Source of the DNA: an uncultured delta proteobacterium
GTDB lineage: Bacteria > Desulfobacterota > Syntrophia > Syntrophales > UBA5619
Length of the DNA: 64,000 nucleotides
Direction of reading: 5' to 3'
NCBI GenBank assembly: GCA_963817385.1
Contig: CAWFOM010000001.1
Location: 96,001-160,000 of the forward strand
Shown here piece by piece: positions 19,557 through 29,681 of the stretch (positions within the stretch are counted from its first letter, which is position 1; each line of letters opens with the position of its first letter). A model generated the notes under the pieces. The model did not search any database. It was not told where the DNA came from and worked only from the letters and a program-made list of their open reading frames with translations. Position numbers and translations under genes: made by a program.

Positions 19557-21083
19557 CTACGCGGCGGGCGCTCCGCCGAACAGCCGCCGGACGCCCCGGC
19601 CGATCTGCTTCCAGTAGGGGTTGGTGATCGCGACGACCGCCAGAAACAGCAGAAAGAGCGAAATCGGGCGGTTCACGAAGATCATCAGGCTCCCGTCGGA
19701 GATCACCAGCGACTGGCGCATCTTCTCCTCCATCAGCTTCCCCAGCACGATTCCGAGGATCACCGGCGCCGCCGGAATGTCGAGGCGTTTCATCAGGTAC
19801 CCGATCACGCCGAATCCAACCATCAAAAACAGGTCCTGAACGCTGTTGTTGACCGTGTAGACGCCGAGAAACGAAAACATGATGATGAACAGCATCAGCA
19901 GGTAGAGGGGGATGTCCAGAAGCTTCACCCACAGTCCCACCAAGGGCAGGTTCAGGACCAGCAGCATCGCGTTGCCGATGTACATGCTGGCGATGAGCCC
20001 CCAGACGAAATCCGGCTGCTGGACGAACAGCAGCGGGCCCGGCTGCAGGCCGATCATGAGGAGCGCGCCCAGCATAATGGCGGTCGTGCCGCTCCCCGGA
20101 ATCCCCAGGCACAGCAAGTGAATCAGGGACCCCCCCGCCGCGGCGTTGTTCGCCGATTCGGGCCCCGTAACCCCTTCGATCGCCCCGTGACCCAGCTCGT
20201 CACGGTACTTGCTCGATTTCTTCTCCAGACCGTAGGAAACGAAGCTCGCCACCGCCGCGCCCGCCCCGGCGATGCCGCCGACGAAGAAGCCGGAGAGCGT
20301 GCCGCGGATGCACGACGGGAAAAAGCGTTTCCAGTCCTCCCTGCTCATCCAGAGGCTCCCCTTGATGCTCAGCCTCTCCATGACCGCCCCCTTCAGGTCC
20401 GCCATGTTCACAAACACCTCGCACAGGGCGAACAGCCCGATTGCCACCACCAGAAACTCGAGGCCGTCCATCAGCTCGGGATTGTTGAACACGAACCGGG
20501 GAACCCCGCTCTGGTTGTCGATCCCCATCGTCGCAATCGCCAGGCCGAACAGCGTCGCAAACAATGCCTTCACCAGGGAACGACCCGCCAGGCTCGTCAC
20601 AACCGTGAGCCCCGCCAACATCAGGGAGAAAAACTCCGGGGGGCCGAATTTGAGCGCGATCCCGGCTACCCAGGGCCCGAACAGCATCAGCATGAGGGTC
20701 GCAAAGGTGCCCGCGATGAACGAACCGATCGCCGCCGCCGCCAGCGCCTGGCCCGCCCGGCCCTTCTTCGCCATCTGGTATCCGTCCAGGCACGTCACCA
20801 CGCTCGATGACTCGCCCGGGGTGTTCACCAGGATCGACGTCGTCGATCCGCCGTACATCGCCCCGTAATAGATCCCCGCCATCAGAATGATCGCCGCGTT
20901 CGGCTTCAGGCTGAAGGTCAGCGGTATCAACAGCGCCACCCCCGTCATCGGGCCGATCCCCGGCAGAACGCCGATCAGCGTCCCCAGAAAGACCCCGATG
21001 AAACAGAGCAGCAGGTTCATCGGCGTCCCCGCCACGCTGAACCCGAGGGTCACGTTGCCCCAGAAGTTGCTTAAAAAATCCAC
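19557..21083 (-). CDS. tctA: Tripartite tricarboxylate transporter large permease
   Basis: GVLPGIGP, YYGAMYGGS, PESANNA, GIPGSGTTA; multi-TM. Confidence 0.95.
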   Translation of the reverse strand: MDFLSNFWGNVTLGFSVAGTPMNLLLCFIGVFLGTLIGVLPGIGPMTGVALLIPLTFSLKPNAAIILMAGIYYGAMYGGSTTSILVNTPGESSSVVTCLDGYQMAKKGRAGQALAAAAIGSFIAGTFATLMLMLFGPWVAGIALKFGPPEFFSLMLAGLTVVTSLAGRSLVKALFATLFGLAIATMGIDNQSGVPRFVFNNPELMDGLEFLVVAIGLFALCEVFVNMADLKGAVMERLSIKGSLWMSREDWKRFFPSCIRGTLSGFFVGGIAGAGAAVASFVSYGLEKKSSKYRDELGHGAIEGVTGPESANNAAAGGSLIHLLCLGIPGSGTTAIMLGALLMIGLQPGPLLFVQQPDFVWGLIASMYIGNAMLLVLNLPLVGLWVKLLDIPLYLLMLFIIMFSFLGVYTVNNSVQDLFLMVGFGVIGYLMKRLDIPAAPVILGIVLGKLMEEKMRQSLVISDGSLMIFVNRPISLFLLFLAVVAITNPYWKQIGRGVRRLFGGAPAA

Positions 21084-21106
21084 GGCAGACCTCCGTTTAT
21101 CTCACG

Positions 21107-21625
21107 TCAATACTCAAGAAACTTCAGCAGACCCCCAGGAAGTTGAACCCGCAGCAAAATGGTAAATATATAGTACAGAACGAAGCTCGATATCACCGCG
21201 ATCACCCCGTCGCGCACCGGATGACGCCGGTCCAGGTAGAGCGTACCTGCCATGAACATCAAAAACGTCGCTATGGCGTAACCGAGAATCTCAAAAAAGA
21301 AGGCATAGAACAACATCAAACCCAGGATGAAACCCATTGTCTTGAGATCCGCCTTCTTCTCGATCTTCTCCTCCGCACCGATGATCACCGCCCGCTTCTC
21401 GATCTCCTCCTGGGACTCCTTCGCCGTCGTTCCGCCGCGGAACTGCTGCCAGGCGTAAATGCACGCCAGGAACAGCATTCCGAAACCGACCGCAATCGGA
21501 AAGGCGCCCGGCCCCAACTGCTGCTTGAGGACCGGCATCGGAATGAAAAAGGCGCCCGTCAGGTAGGCCGCGGAAAAAATGATCAAAACAATACTGGCTA
21601 TCCGTTCTTCTCTATTTTCCTTCAT
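21107..21625 (-). CDS. tctB: Tripartite tricarboxylate transporter small permease
   Basis: LGPGAFP, LGYAIAT, LRVQLPGG; lies between tctC and tctA. Confidence 0.88.
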   Translation of the reverse strand: MKENREERIASIVLIIFSAAYLTGAFFIPMPVLKQQLGPGAFPIAVGFGMLFLACIYAWQQFRGGTTAKESQEEIEKRAVIIGAEEKIEKKADLKTMGFILGLMLFYAFFFEILGYAIATFLMFMAGTLYLDRRHPVRDGVIAVISSFVLYYIFTILLRVQLPGGLLKFLEY

Positions 21626-21638
21626 ACGATGGCTCCCG

Positions 21639-21679
21639 TATGATCCCGGGACCGCGGCAATACCGGTCCCGGGATCATA
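21639..21679. repeat. Perfect 16-bp stem-loop in the tctC-tctB spacer
   Basis: TATGATCCCGGGACCG / CGGTCCCGGGATCATA. Confidence 0.85.
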
Positions 21680-21746
21680 AGTCAAAACCCACGGATACTT
21701 TCGTCCACCGGAAACCCGGATCCCTGAGTCGAAAATCCACCACCAC

Positions 21747-21824
21747 CGTCATACCGGCGAAAGCCGGTATCCAGAAAATCAGATGGTTACAAAAGCACGG
21801 ACCCCGGCTTTCGCCGGAGTGACG
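21747..21824. repeat. REP/RPE-like palindromic element
   Basis: CGTCATACCGGCGAAAGCCGG...CCGGCTTTCGCCGGAGTGACG, of the GTCATyCCsGCGAAnGC palindrome type. Confidence 0.75.
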
Positions 21825-21883
21825 ACTTTTCACGACGTCAAAGATCCTGAGCGCGAAGGGCGCCGGGCCCCAGCTCTTTTACC

Positions 21884-22867
21884 CTACTTTGCAAAACCGA
21901 GGTCCGTCATCAGCTCCGAGTATGACTTCTCCTCGTCCCTGAGGAACTTGGCAAAACCAGCCGCATCGTCGTAGGCGGGAACCCACTGAAGCTTCTCCAG
22001 GGACTCCTTCCAGGTCTTCGTCCCCACCATCGTCTTGATGGTCTTCGCCCAGTAGGTCTGCGCATCCTTCGACATGCCCGGGGTTCCGAAAACGCCCCGC
22101 CACACTTCATAGGTGGTGTTAATCCCCAGCTCCTTAAGGGTCGGGACATCCTTCAGGGGGCCGCCGCCCCGCACGCCGGAGGTAATCGCCAGGGCACGAA
22201 CCGTCCCCGCCTGGATGTGCGACAGAACCTCGCCCGTCCCGCTGGAAACAAACGCCACGTTACCCCCCAGAAGGGTGGTCAACGCCTCGCCTCCTCCGGA
22301 AAAGGCCACATACGACAGATCCTTCGCATTAACTCCCACCATCTTCGCCACCTTGCAGAACGCCAGGTGATCCATCGACCCCGGTGAGGAACCGCCGGCA
22401 AACTTCACCGCGCCGGGATTCTTCTTCACCGCATCCAGGAGATCCTTGAAGGTCTTATAGGGGGAATCGGCCTTGACGATGAACACCTGGTAGTCCGTGA
22501 TCAGTTTGGCCAGCGGCGTCAACGTCGTATAGCTCTGGGAAAACGTCTTGTTGATCGTGTTGATGATCAACGGCGGCGAAAACACCACCAGTTCGTAATC
22601 ATCGCCCTTTTTCATGCTGATGTACGCCATCCCCACCGCACCGCCTCCGCCCGGCTTGTTCAAAACCGAGATCGGCTGCGGATAGAGCTTCTCGATTTCC
22701 AGGACGCGGTTGATCGTCCGGGCCATCGCGTCCCAGCCTCCGCCCGGGTTCGCCGGCGCCACGATCTCCAGGGGCCGGGAAGGATAGGCAGCTCCTTGGC
22801 CGGAGGCGGTGAACCCGATGCACAGTGAGAGGATCAGTGCCACCATTGTGAAAAACTTGTTGAACAT
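21884..22867 (-). CDS. tctC: Tripartite tricarboxylate transporter substrate-binding protein (Bug/TctC)
   Basis: Signal peptide; YPSRPLEIVAPANPGGGWD, NKPGGGG, VPTLKELG. Confidence 0.93.
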   Translation of the reverse strand: MFNKFFTMVALILSLCIGFTASGQGAAYPSRPLEIVAPANPGGGWDAMARTINRVLEIEKLYPQPISVLNKPGGGGAVGMAYISMKKGDDYELVVFSPPLIINTINKTFSQSYTTLTPLAKLITDYQVFIVKADSPYKTFKDLLDAVKKNPGAVKFAGGSSPGSMDHLAFCKVAKMVGVNAKDLSYVAFSGGGEALTTLLGGNVAFVSSGTGEVLSHIQAGTVRALAITSGVRGGGPLKDVPTLKELGINTTYEVWRGVFGTPGMSKDAQTYWAKTIKTMVGTKTWKESLEKLQWVPAYDDAAGFAKFLRDEEKSYSELMTDLGFAK

Positions 22868-23021
22868 GTTCGTACTCCTTTCTTTTGTTTGGGTTAATGA
22901 GAAAAACGGCTCTGGTTTTTGCTGACAATACGAACCTCGGGACGATATGTCAAGCAATAAAGATCACAAGTACTTGGATGCTCTCAAAGCAAAACACGTC
23001 AATGGCAATCTGTTATGAAAG

Positions 23022-23037
23022 AGCAAGACACATGCCA
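23022..23037 (-). promoter_or_regulatory. Sigma54 (-24/-12) promoter for tctCBA-citDEF
   Basis: TGGCATGTGTCTTGCT matches TGGCA-N6-TTGC; divergent sigma54 activator adjacent. Confidence 0.85.
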
Positions 23038-23193
23038 GGATGTGCAACGTTGCGTGTTGTCTTCGGCACACCGGGAAGCAGATGAAATTGGGATATTTCA
23101 AACCTCCATTATCCGAAGAATATGCCTTGACACTATGTTTCATTTTGTTTAGCTTTGTTTAAACATCGGAACAACCATGAACAGAGGCTCCGG

Positions 23194-25131
23194 ATGGAAC
23201 AGGTTTTCAAAGTCGGCTTCATCAATTCTACCAAGCAACTTCTTAACTGCGCTCTTTCAGCGGCTGCGAAGCTCAATATCAACATGGCGACCGCGCTGGC
23301 GGGCCTGGATGCGGCCGTTCCCGCAGGGCAAAGGATGGAGCAGGAGGGAGTCGAGGTCATTATCAGCCGTCGCGGTACCGCCTCACTCCTGAGAAAAAAC
23401 CTGAAGATCCCGATCCTATCGGTCCGTATCAGCTTCCCCGACATCTTTCTCAATATCCGGGACGCCAGCCTTATGGGGCGAAAGATCCTCCTGACCTCTT
23501 TCGGAGAAGAAAAGATTGAGGGTGCGGATTTGCTGCAGGAGTTCTTCAACGTGACCCTGATTCACGGGGTCTTCCATGATACCGCCAGCCTGGAAACGGC
23601 GATTATCCGGGGTAAAGGACAAGGTTGCGAGATCGTCATCGGTGGGGGGGTATCCATGTCTCTGGCCGAAAAACACGGCCTCAGAGGCGTGGAACTCCGG
23701 ACAAACGAGGGCGCCATAATTTCGGCCATAGAAGATGCCCTGTCCGTTGCAGGAGCCAATCGAGAGGAACAGGAAAAGACCCTGCGATACCGGACGATCA
23801 TGGATACGACCTCCGAGGGAATCATCGCGCTGGACAAAAACGGCATCATCACCGCCATCAATCATGCAGCCCTGCAGTTTCTCGGGTTGCCCGAGCAGAT
23901 GGTCAGTAAACCATTTACCGACTTCGATCCGGGAGGTCATGTCCGCGAGGTGCTGGATTCCGGCCGCCCGCTCCTGAACAAACTGGAAAGGCTCGGAGGT
24001 GAAATGTTTGTGGCCAATTACATCCCCCTCCAGGTCGGCGCCGAGGTCGTCGGTGAAGTGATCACGTTCCGGGACGTCCCCAATGTCGTACGGGCCGAAA
24101 ACGAAGTGCGCCGATCCCTCGTCAAAGGCCTCGTTGCCAAGCACACCATCGACAACTTCGTTCACCGTCACCCGGCGATGAAAGAGGTCGTAAAAAAGGT
24201 CAGAAAGTTCTCCCAGGTCGATTCCACCGTCCTGATTACCGGAGAAACCGGCACAGGGAAGGAGATCCTGGCCCAGAGCATTCACACCCTGGGACCGCGG
24301 CGCAAGGGCCCTTTTATCTCCATCAACTGTGCGGCGATCCCTGATCAGCTTCTGGAAAGCGAGCTCTTCGGTTATGAAGAAGGTGCGTTTACCGGCTCGA
24401 AGCATGGCGGAAAGCCCGGGCTTTTTGAACTGGCCCACAACGGCACCATCTTTCTCGACGAAATCGGCGCTACCCCCTTGAGCGTCCAGAGCCGGCTTCT
24501 CCGGGTATTGCAGGAGCATGAAGTGATGCGCATTGGTGGGGACCGCCTGATTTCGGTCAATGTGCGCGTTATTGCCGCTACCAATCAGAACCTCTGCCTC
24601 GAAGTTCAAAAAGGACGATTCCGGGAAGATCTCTATTTCCGGCTTGACGTGATCACCGTTCATATTCCGCCGCTCAGGGAGCGGATAGACGATTTGCCGG
24701 TACTCGTTCAAGATCTGATTCGGCGGTGCGCCCGTAACCCCAAGTCACAATCCTTAACCATTCCCGAGCACCACCTCCAAAAGCTCATGGAATTGCACTG
24801 GCCGGGCAACGTGCGTCAGCTTCAGAATTTTGTCGAGAAGCTGGTCATCCTGTGCGAGGATGGATATCAAGATAATACGTTTAAGGAACTCTACGCCAAC
24901 TTGCTTAATTATTCCCGTATCAGGGAACGGGAGGCTGTTACGGAGAGGCCGCCATTAAACCAGTACGTTCATGGCAGCCTCAGAGATGACGAGGCGAAAG
25001 CCATTCGGAAAGCACTGGAAGAATCGCGGTTCAGCAAGACGCTCGCAGCCAAAAGACTGGGAGTAAGCAGAACGACCCTTTGGAGGAAACTCAGGGAAAT
25101 GGGGATGAATCTTTCAAACCCGGGCAGATGA
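23194..25131 (+). CDS. PrpR-like sigma54-dependent activator (PrpR_N-PAS-AAA+-HTH)
   Basis: VIISRRGTA N-domain, GETGTGKE, GAFTGS, WPGNVRQL, C-terminal LGVSRTTLWRKL; start may be 23155 or 23194. Confidence 0.92.
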   Translation: MEQVFKVGFINSTKQLLNCALSAAAKLNINMATALAGLDAAVPAGQRMEQEGVEVIISRRGTASLLRKNLKIPILSVRISFPDIFLNIRDASLMGRKILLTSFGEEKIEGADLLQEFFNVTLIHGVFHDTASLETAIIRGKGQGCEIVIGGGVSMSLAEKHGLRGVELRTNEGAIISAIEDALSVAGANREEQEKTLRYRTIMDTTSEGIIALDKNGIITAINHAALQFLGLPEQMVSKPFTDFDPGGHVREVLDSGRPLLNKLERLGGEMFVANYIPLQVGAEVVGEVITFRDVPNVVRAENEVRRSLVKGLVAKHTIDNFVHRHPAMKEVVKKVRKFSQVDSTVLITGETGTGKEILAQSIHTLGPRRKGPFISINCAAIPDQLLESELFGYEEGAFTGSKHGGKPGLFELAHNGTIFLDEIGATPLSVQSRLLRVLQEHEVMRIGGDRLISVNVRVIAATNQNLCLEVQKGRFREDLYFRLDVITVHIPPLRERIDDLPVLVQDLIRRCARNPKSQSLTIPEHHLQKLMELHWPGNVRQLQNFVEKLVILCEDGYQDNTFKELYANLLNYSRIREREAVTERPPLNQYVHGSLRDDEAKAIRKALEESRFSKTLAAKRLGVSRTTLWRKLREMGMNLSNPGR

Positions 25132-25373
25132 TCACCACAGAACAAAACCAAAACCGCCCGGCTCATACCGTCTCATCCGGATCACCGATGTCTGTTCGAA
25201 CGAGCCCGGTCGTTCAATCGAGCCGGAACCGACCGCCTGCGTCCGGGCGGCCTGGTTTGACGATCACATACAGCCTCATGATTCAAAAAAAATATCTATC
25301 AAAAGCCATTGTGTTGTAAAAAGCCTGTCGAGGATAACTGACTTCTTAGCTCAAGGAGACATGAGAGGTTAAA

Positions 25374-26798
25374 ATGAAAATATTCAACAAGAAAAGAGTC
25401 GTTCTTGGCCTTATTGTCATTCTTGTTATCGCCGCTTTTTTTGGATACAAGAACAAAGAATACATCCAACAGCTCCCGATCGGTTGCGCCTTCAAAACTA
25501 AAGCTTTGTGCGCAGCTGTCTTCGTTTCGGGTCGTGACCCGGTGACTACCGAGCGGGAAGATATTGGCTTCAACCCGCTCTTCAAATTATACAAGGCAAA
25601 AATTGACCGGGCTGAAAAAAGCGTTACCTGCTCGCTCCTGGGGATCGGTCTATTCGAGAAGAAAGCGGTATATGTTGACCAAATGGGTTCCGTGCTCCTC
25701 TCCGGTGTCGCAGAAGAGACAATCCGTGCCCGGAAGCCGGGGATTCCTCGTCCTGAACCCGCCAATCCTGAGGCCATTCCCTGGCCCATGGGCGACCGCA
25801 TGTCCGACAGCCCGCTGCCCGCAAATATCGATATGGCGAAGATTAACTCAGCCGTTGGCAAACTCTTTATCGAATCAAATTCTGATAATAAACTCTATAC
25901 CCGGGCAATGCTCATTGTCCACAATGGGCGCCTCATCGCCGAGAGCTACGGACCGGGGATCATGAAAGATACCCCACTCCTCAGCTGGTCTATGGCTAAG
26001 AGTGTCACTAACGCCATCGTCGGGATCCTTGTGCTGAAAGGAAAGATCTCTCTTAAGGGGCCGGCACCCGTGAGCGAATGGCAGAAGGCCGATGACCCGA
26101 GGCGGGCCATCACCTTGGACCAGCTCCTACGGATGAGTTCGGGTCTGGAGTGGGTTGAGGCTTACGCCGAGCGCCCCGTTTCGGACGTCAACATCATGTT
26201 GCTTTTGAAGCCCGATATGGCGGCCTATGTGGCCTCCAAACATCTGGCTGCTCAACCGGACACGGTCTGGCGCTACTCATCAGGGACGACCAACCTTATC
26301 CACCGGATCATCCGTGACGTCCTCGGAAGCCCAGAGGCATATTGGGAATTCCCTCGGCGCGAACTGTTTAATAAAATCGGCATGCGCAGTGCCATATGGG
26401 AAACAGACGCCTCCGGAACATTTATCGGGTCTTCCTACCTTTATGCAACCGCCCGCGACTATGCCCGCTTCGGCCTGCTATACCTGAATGACGGTGTCTG
26501 GGAGGGAGAACGGATACTGCCTGAAGGTTGGGTCGCCTATAGCACCACCCCGACATCTGCCGCCCCAAAACGCCAATATGGCGCACATTTTTGGCTGAAT
26601 GGGAGCAGGGATTCGAATCCCCAAGACCGCCTGTATCCCCAGCTACCAGGCGACACATTCTTTGCCAGGGGCTATCAGGGTCAAACAATCGCCATTATCC
26701 CTTCCCGCAAACTCGTTGTCGTCCGGCTGGGCATGACCTACGATGAGAACTGGGGAATGGAGCTGTTCATTAAAAACGTCCTCGATGCAATTCGTTGA
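25374..26798 (+). CDS. Serine hydrolase (beta-lactamase class C-like) with N-terminal anchor
   Basis: SWSMAKS (SxxK), YSSG, ARGYQGQ. Confidence 0.9.
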   Translation: MKIFNKKRVVLGLIVILVIAAFFGYKNKEYIQQLPIGCAFKTKALCAAVFVSGRDPVTTEREDIGFNPLFKLYKAKIDRAEKSVTCSLLGIGLFEKKAVYVDQMGSVLLSGVAEETIRARKPGIPRPEPANPEAIPWPMGDRMSDSPLPANIDMAKINSAVGKLFIESNSDNKLYTRAMLIVHNGRLIAESYGPGIMKDTPLLSWSMAKSVTNAIVGILVLKGKISLKGPAPVSEWQKADDPRRAITLDQLLRMSSGLEWVEAYAERPVSDVNIMLLLKPDMAAYVASKHLAAQPDTVWRYSSGTTNLIHRIIRDVLGSPEAYWEFPRRELFNKIGMRSAIWETDASGTFIGSSYLYATARDYARFGLLYLNDGVWEGERILPEGWVAYSTTPTSAAPKRQYGAHFWLNGSRDSNPQDRLYPQLPGDTFFARGYQGQTIAIIPSRKLVVVRLGMTYDENWGMELFIKNVLDAIR

Positions 26799-27313
26799 CG
26801 CACCTCCACCATAGGGCCGGAGCTTTTCGTCCTCAAGCTCTTGATGGACTTCTTACGAGCCCATTAAATTTATTTGGTGGCGTCAAGATCTGTCGGATGT
26901 CATATTTTCATTAGCCGCTCTCAACTCATCCATATACAAAGATGGTAACCGGATTTCCGGTGCGGATTATTGAATACTGGTCGAAACGGGCAAAGGAAGA
27001 ACAGCTTATTTTCTGACCGGAGGGGCATTTGTGTCTTCCTGAAACCCACATACCGACGAGTCGGCACAAATAATGATGAAAATGGATCGCGTCAACAGAT
27101 CAATCTGGCGAGCATAAATCTATTTCCTGGGGAAAGAGAGCATCAGGCGATTTTGGCGGTTATTCAACCTTTCAGATGGCATTCGCTATAGAAAAATTCT
27201 GTTCCACTTGACAGGTCGGGGTAAGAGTGGTTAGAAGGCACGGTAAGATTCCAATAACATGTTCATCAAAGCTCCATGTAACCCAGTGAGGTGACGTATG
27301 ATGGCAAGATCAT

Positions 27314-27346
27314 AGACCCCGTGACTCAAAAAGAGTGCGGGGTTTT
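27314..27346 (+). terminator. Terminator-like hairpin in the leader of the DUF2799 gene
   Basis: AGACCCCG..GACTC-AAAAA-GAGT..CGGGGTTTT; TTGACA at 27208 upstream. Confidence 0.55.
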
Positions 27347-27393
27347 GTGTTTTTGGTCTATTCAATAATAATTGGCAAGGGTGGTGAGAATCC

Positions 27394-27960
27394 ATGAAAT
27401 TCCGTGGCATGATCATACTGGCCGGGCTATTGATTATAACCAGCTGCGCAACTCTGAGCAAGGAAGAATGCCTGAGCGGAGACTGGCGCGGCCTGGGCAT
27501 GAAGGATGGCATCAATGGCGAACCGGCCATCCAGATCGAAAAGCATCGCAAGTCCTGCGCTGAGCATGGCATCCGGCCCGATGAAAGATTATACATGGAT
27601 GGCCGCACCGAAGGATTGCGGGAATATTGCCAGATCGACAACGCCTTTCGGAGCGGGCTGAGCGGGCGGCAATACAAGGGCGTTTGCCCCTCTGCCATCC
27701 ATCTCTCATTCTTCCGATACAATAACGTGGCCTACATGGTCTACCAGACCAGGGAGGAAATCAAAAAACTGCACAACGAGATATCTAGCAAGCAAAGGGA
27801 GATGGAGAGCAATAAAACCACAGATAAGGAAAGAATCCACCTGCGCGGTGAGATCCGCGAACGGGAGAAGAAACTGGACGAACTGCGGAACTATCTCCGC
27901 GACCGGGAGAGGGATCTGGACGACGTGATGGCGGAGGCGCGATACGGGAAGCGCAGGTGA
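27394..27960 (+). CDS. DUF2799 family lipoprotein
   Basis: Lipobox ITSC; LSKEECLSGDWRGLGMKDG, GLREYC, YKGVCP; coiled-coil tail. Confidence 0.88.
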   Translation: MKFRGMIILAGLLIITSCATLSKEECLSGDWRGLGMKDGINGEPAIQIEKHRKSCAEHGIRPDERLYMDGRTEGLREYCQIDNAFRSGLSGRQYKGVCPSAIHLSFFRYNNVAYMVYQTREEIKKLHNEISSKQREMESNKTTDKERIHLRGEIREREKKLDELRNYLRDRERDLDDVMAEARYGKRR

Positions 27961-27998
27961 ATTTCCGGGAAGTCCGATGGTATCTGCGGAGATGAGAA

Positions 27999-29000
27999 AT
28001 GGAAGACAGTAAGGCATCAGGAAAAGGCTATATCCTGACTCCGAAAGAAGGGACCAACCGGGGCTTGAAGCGTGGCTGCCTGATGTGGGTGGGTCTGTAT
28101 TTCCTGATGGCGTTCGCGCTCGGGCTGTGGTTCCTGATCTGTTTCCCTGACGCACCTCCCAATCAGTCCCCCCGACTGCCTCCGCTTCCATATCGCGCAA
28201 TCCTTGCTTTCGGCGCCGGGTTTATCGGAGCCATACCGGGGATTATCGCCCTTGGCGCGTTGGACGGCGTGCGCACATCGCTCAAGGAGCGTGCATCACT
28301 CCTGAAGACCTCTACCAAAACTGTTCCGGCAGATGGCTTCTTCCAAACGTTTAGGGGCCGCATTATGGCAACTGGCCCCATGCTCGTTGCACCTCTCACC
28401 GGCCGTGAATGCTTGCTCTATAAATACCAGGCCACCAAAGGCACAGATACCAAAGGCAGCATGAGAGTGACTCATGCCGAAGGGTACGCACTCACTCCTT
28501 CCTATCTTTCGACTCTCTGCGGCCAGATCCGTTTGTATGCATTCATGGAACTGGAATTCCCCGAAGAATACGTGGATAAAGACGCCGCTCGGAAACGCCT
28601 TGCGGCCTTTCTGCCGACAGTTGAGCTATTCCAGCCTTCTTGGGACCTGATGGAGCACTATCGGGAGACCCAGAAGCATCTTCTGGACAGCGATGGCACC
28701 ATTCGATTCGACAAGGGACAACCAAACGCGGCCGAGACGGCCGCCGACTTCAGCGAGCAAATCGTGCAGCAAGGCGACGAAGTCGCGGTCTTCGGACTCT
28801 ATTCAGCGGCACAAGGCGGCATTGTTCCAGATCCCGGCGAAGAGATACTCCACAGGGCCCGCCTGCACAAAGGTTCTCTTTCGCAGGTGACCAGCGAATT
28901 CTTCAGGAAGGCCGGTCTGAGCGCCTTTTTTGGGATCCTCTTCGCCGCTGCCCTCTGGGGGTGGATCCACTTGTTTTTCCTGCACGCGGCCGAATATTGA
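27999..29000 (+). CDS. Hypothetical membrane protein
   Basis: 333 aa; two N-terminal and one C-terminal TM segments; APLTGRECLLY motif. Confidence 0.75.
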   Translation: MEDSKASGKGYILTPKEGTNRGLKRGCLMWVGLYFLMAFALGLWFLICFPDAPPNQSPRLPPLPYRAILAFGAGFIGAIPGIIALGALDGVRTSLKERASLLKTSTKTVPADGFFQTFRGRIMATGPMLVAPLTGRECLLYKYQATKGTDTKGSMRVTHAEGYALTPSYLSTLCGQIRLYAFMELEFPEEYVDKDAARKRLAAFLPTVELFQPSWDLMEHYRETQKHLLDSDGTIRFDKGQPNAAETAADFSEQIVQQGDEVAVFGLYSAAQGGIVPDPGEEILHRARLHKGSLSQVTSEFFRKAGLSAFFGILFAAALWGWIHLFFLHAAEY

Positions 29001-29327
29001 TCATTATGTGCAAATCCAAGGCTAACGCGCCTGCTTCACTATTCATATGTAATATTTGAAATAACAATGCTTTACGTGGTCCTGCCGGCAGTCAGATTCT
29101 GGAATCATCCCAGATTGATAAATATATCTCGGATCGGAATCGGTCCAATTATGCTGATAATACATGGCGAAATGATGGTATCGACACAGCACGCAGTTAC
29201 GAGGCGGACAAGAAGCAACAGCAAAAGTTGTGTCGAAATCGGTTAACTTTGCTGGCGTGGGGTCAATCATGCTGGGCACGGAATTGATCAGGCTGGGGCT
29301 ATCATTGAATAACAAAAAGGAGAAGAC

Positions 29328-29678
29328 ATGTACTGCGGGAATTGTGGATCACAAAACGACAACAACGCTTACAAATGTGTCAAATGCGGAGAGGCCTTCC
29401 AGCAAATGGGAGGTGGAGGTACGCCACCGGAGAGGATTCCGAACTACCTTATTCCATCAATTTTCCTCACATTGTTCTGCTGTCTACCGCTTGGCATTCC
29501 AGCAATCTTATTTTCAGCACAGGTCAACGGAAAGATTCGAGCGGGGGACATTCAGGGGGCAATGGAGTCATCTCGCAAAGCCAAGAAGTGGTGCTGGTTA
29601 TCCTTTGGGGTTGGCCTCGTTGTAAGTATTCTATTTTTCCTGTTCTATTTTGTAATGAGAAAGGGAGTGGCTTTATAG
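29328..29678 (+). CDS. Zinc-ribbon + CD225/dispanin family membrane protein
   Basis: CGNCG...CVKCG; PNYLIPSIFLTLFCCLPLGIPAI...SRKAKKW. Confidence 0.9.
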   Translation: MYCGNCGSQNDNNAYKCVKCGEAFQQMGGGGTPPERIPNYLIPSIFLTLFCCLPLGIPAILFSAQVNGKIRAGDIQGAMESSRKAKKWCWLSFGVGLVVSILFFLFYFVMRKGVAL

Positions 29679-29681
29679 AAT

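Noticed and set aside
26830..27190. Intergenic stretch with a MITE-end-like GACTTCTTACGAGCCCAT and ORF 26970..27191
   Set aside because: Too degenerate to assign; no partner end or recognisable protein.
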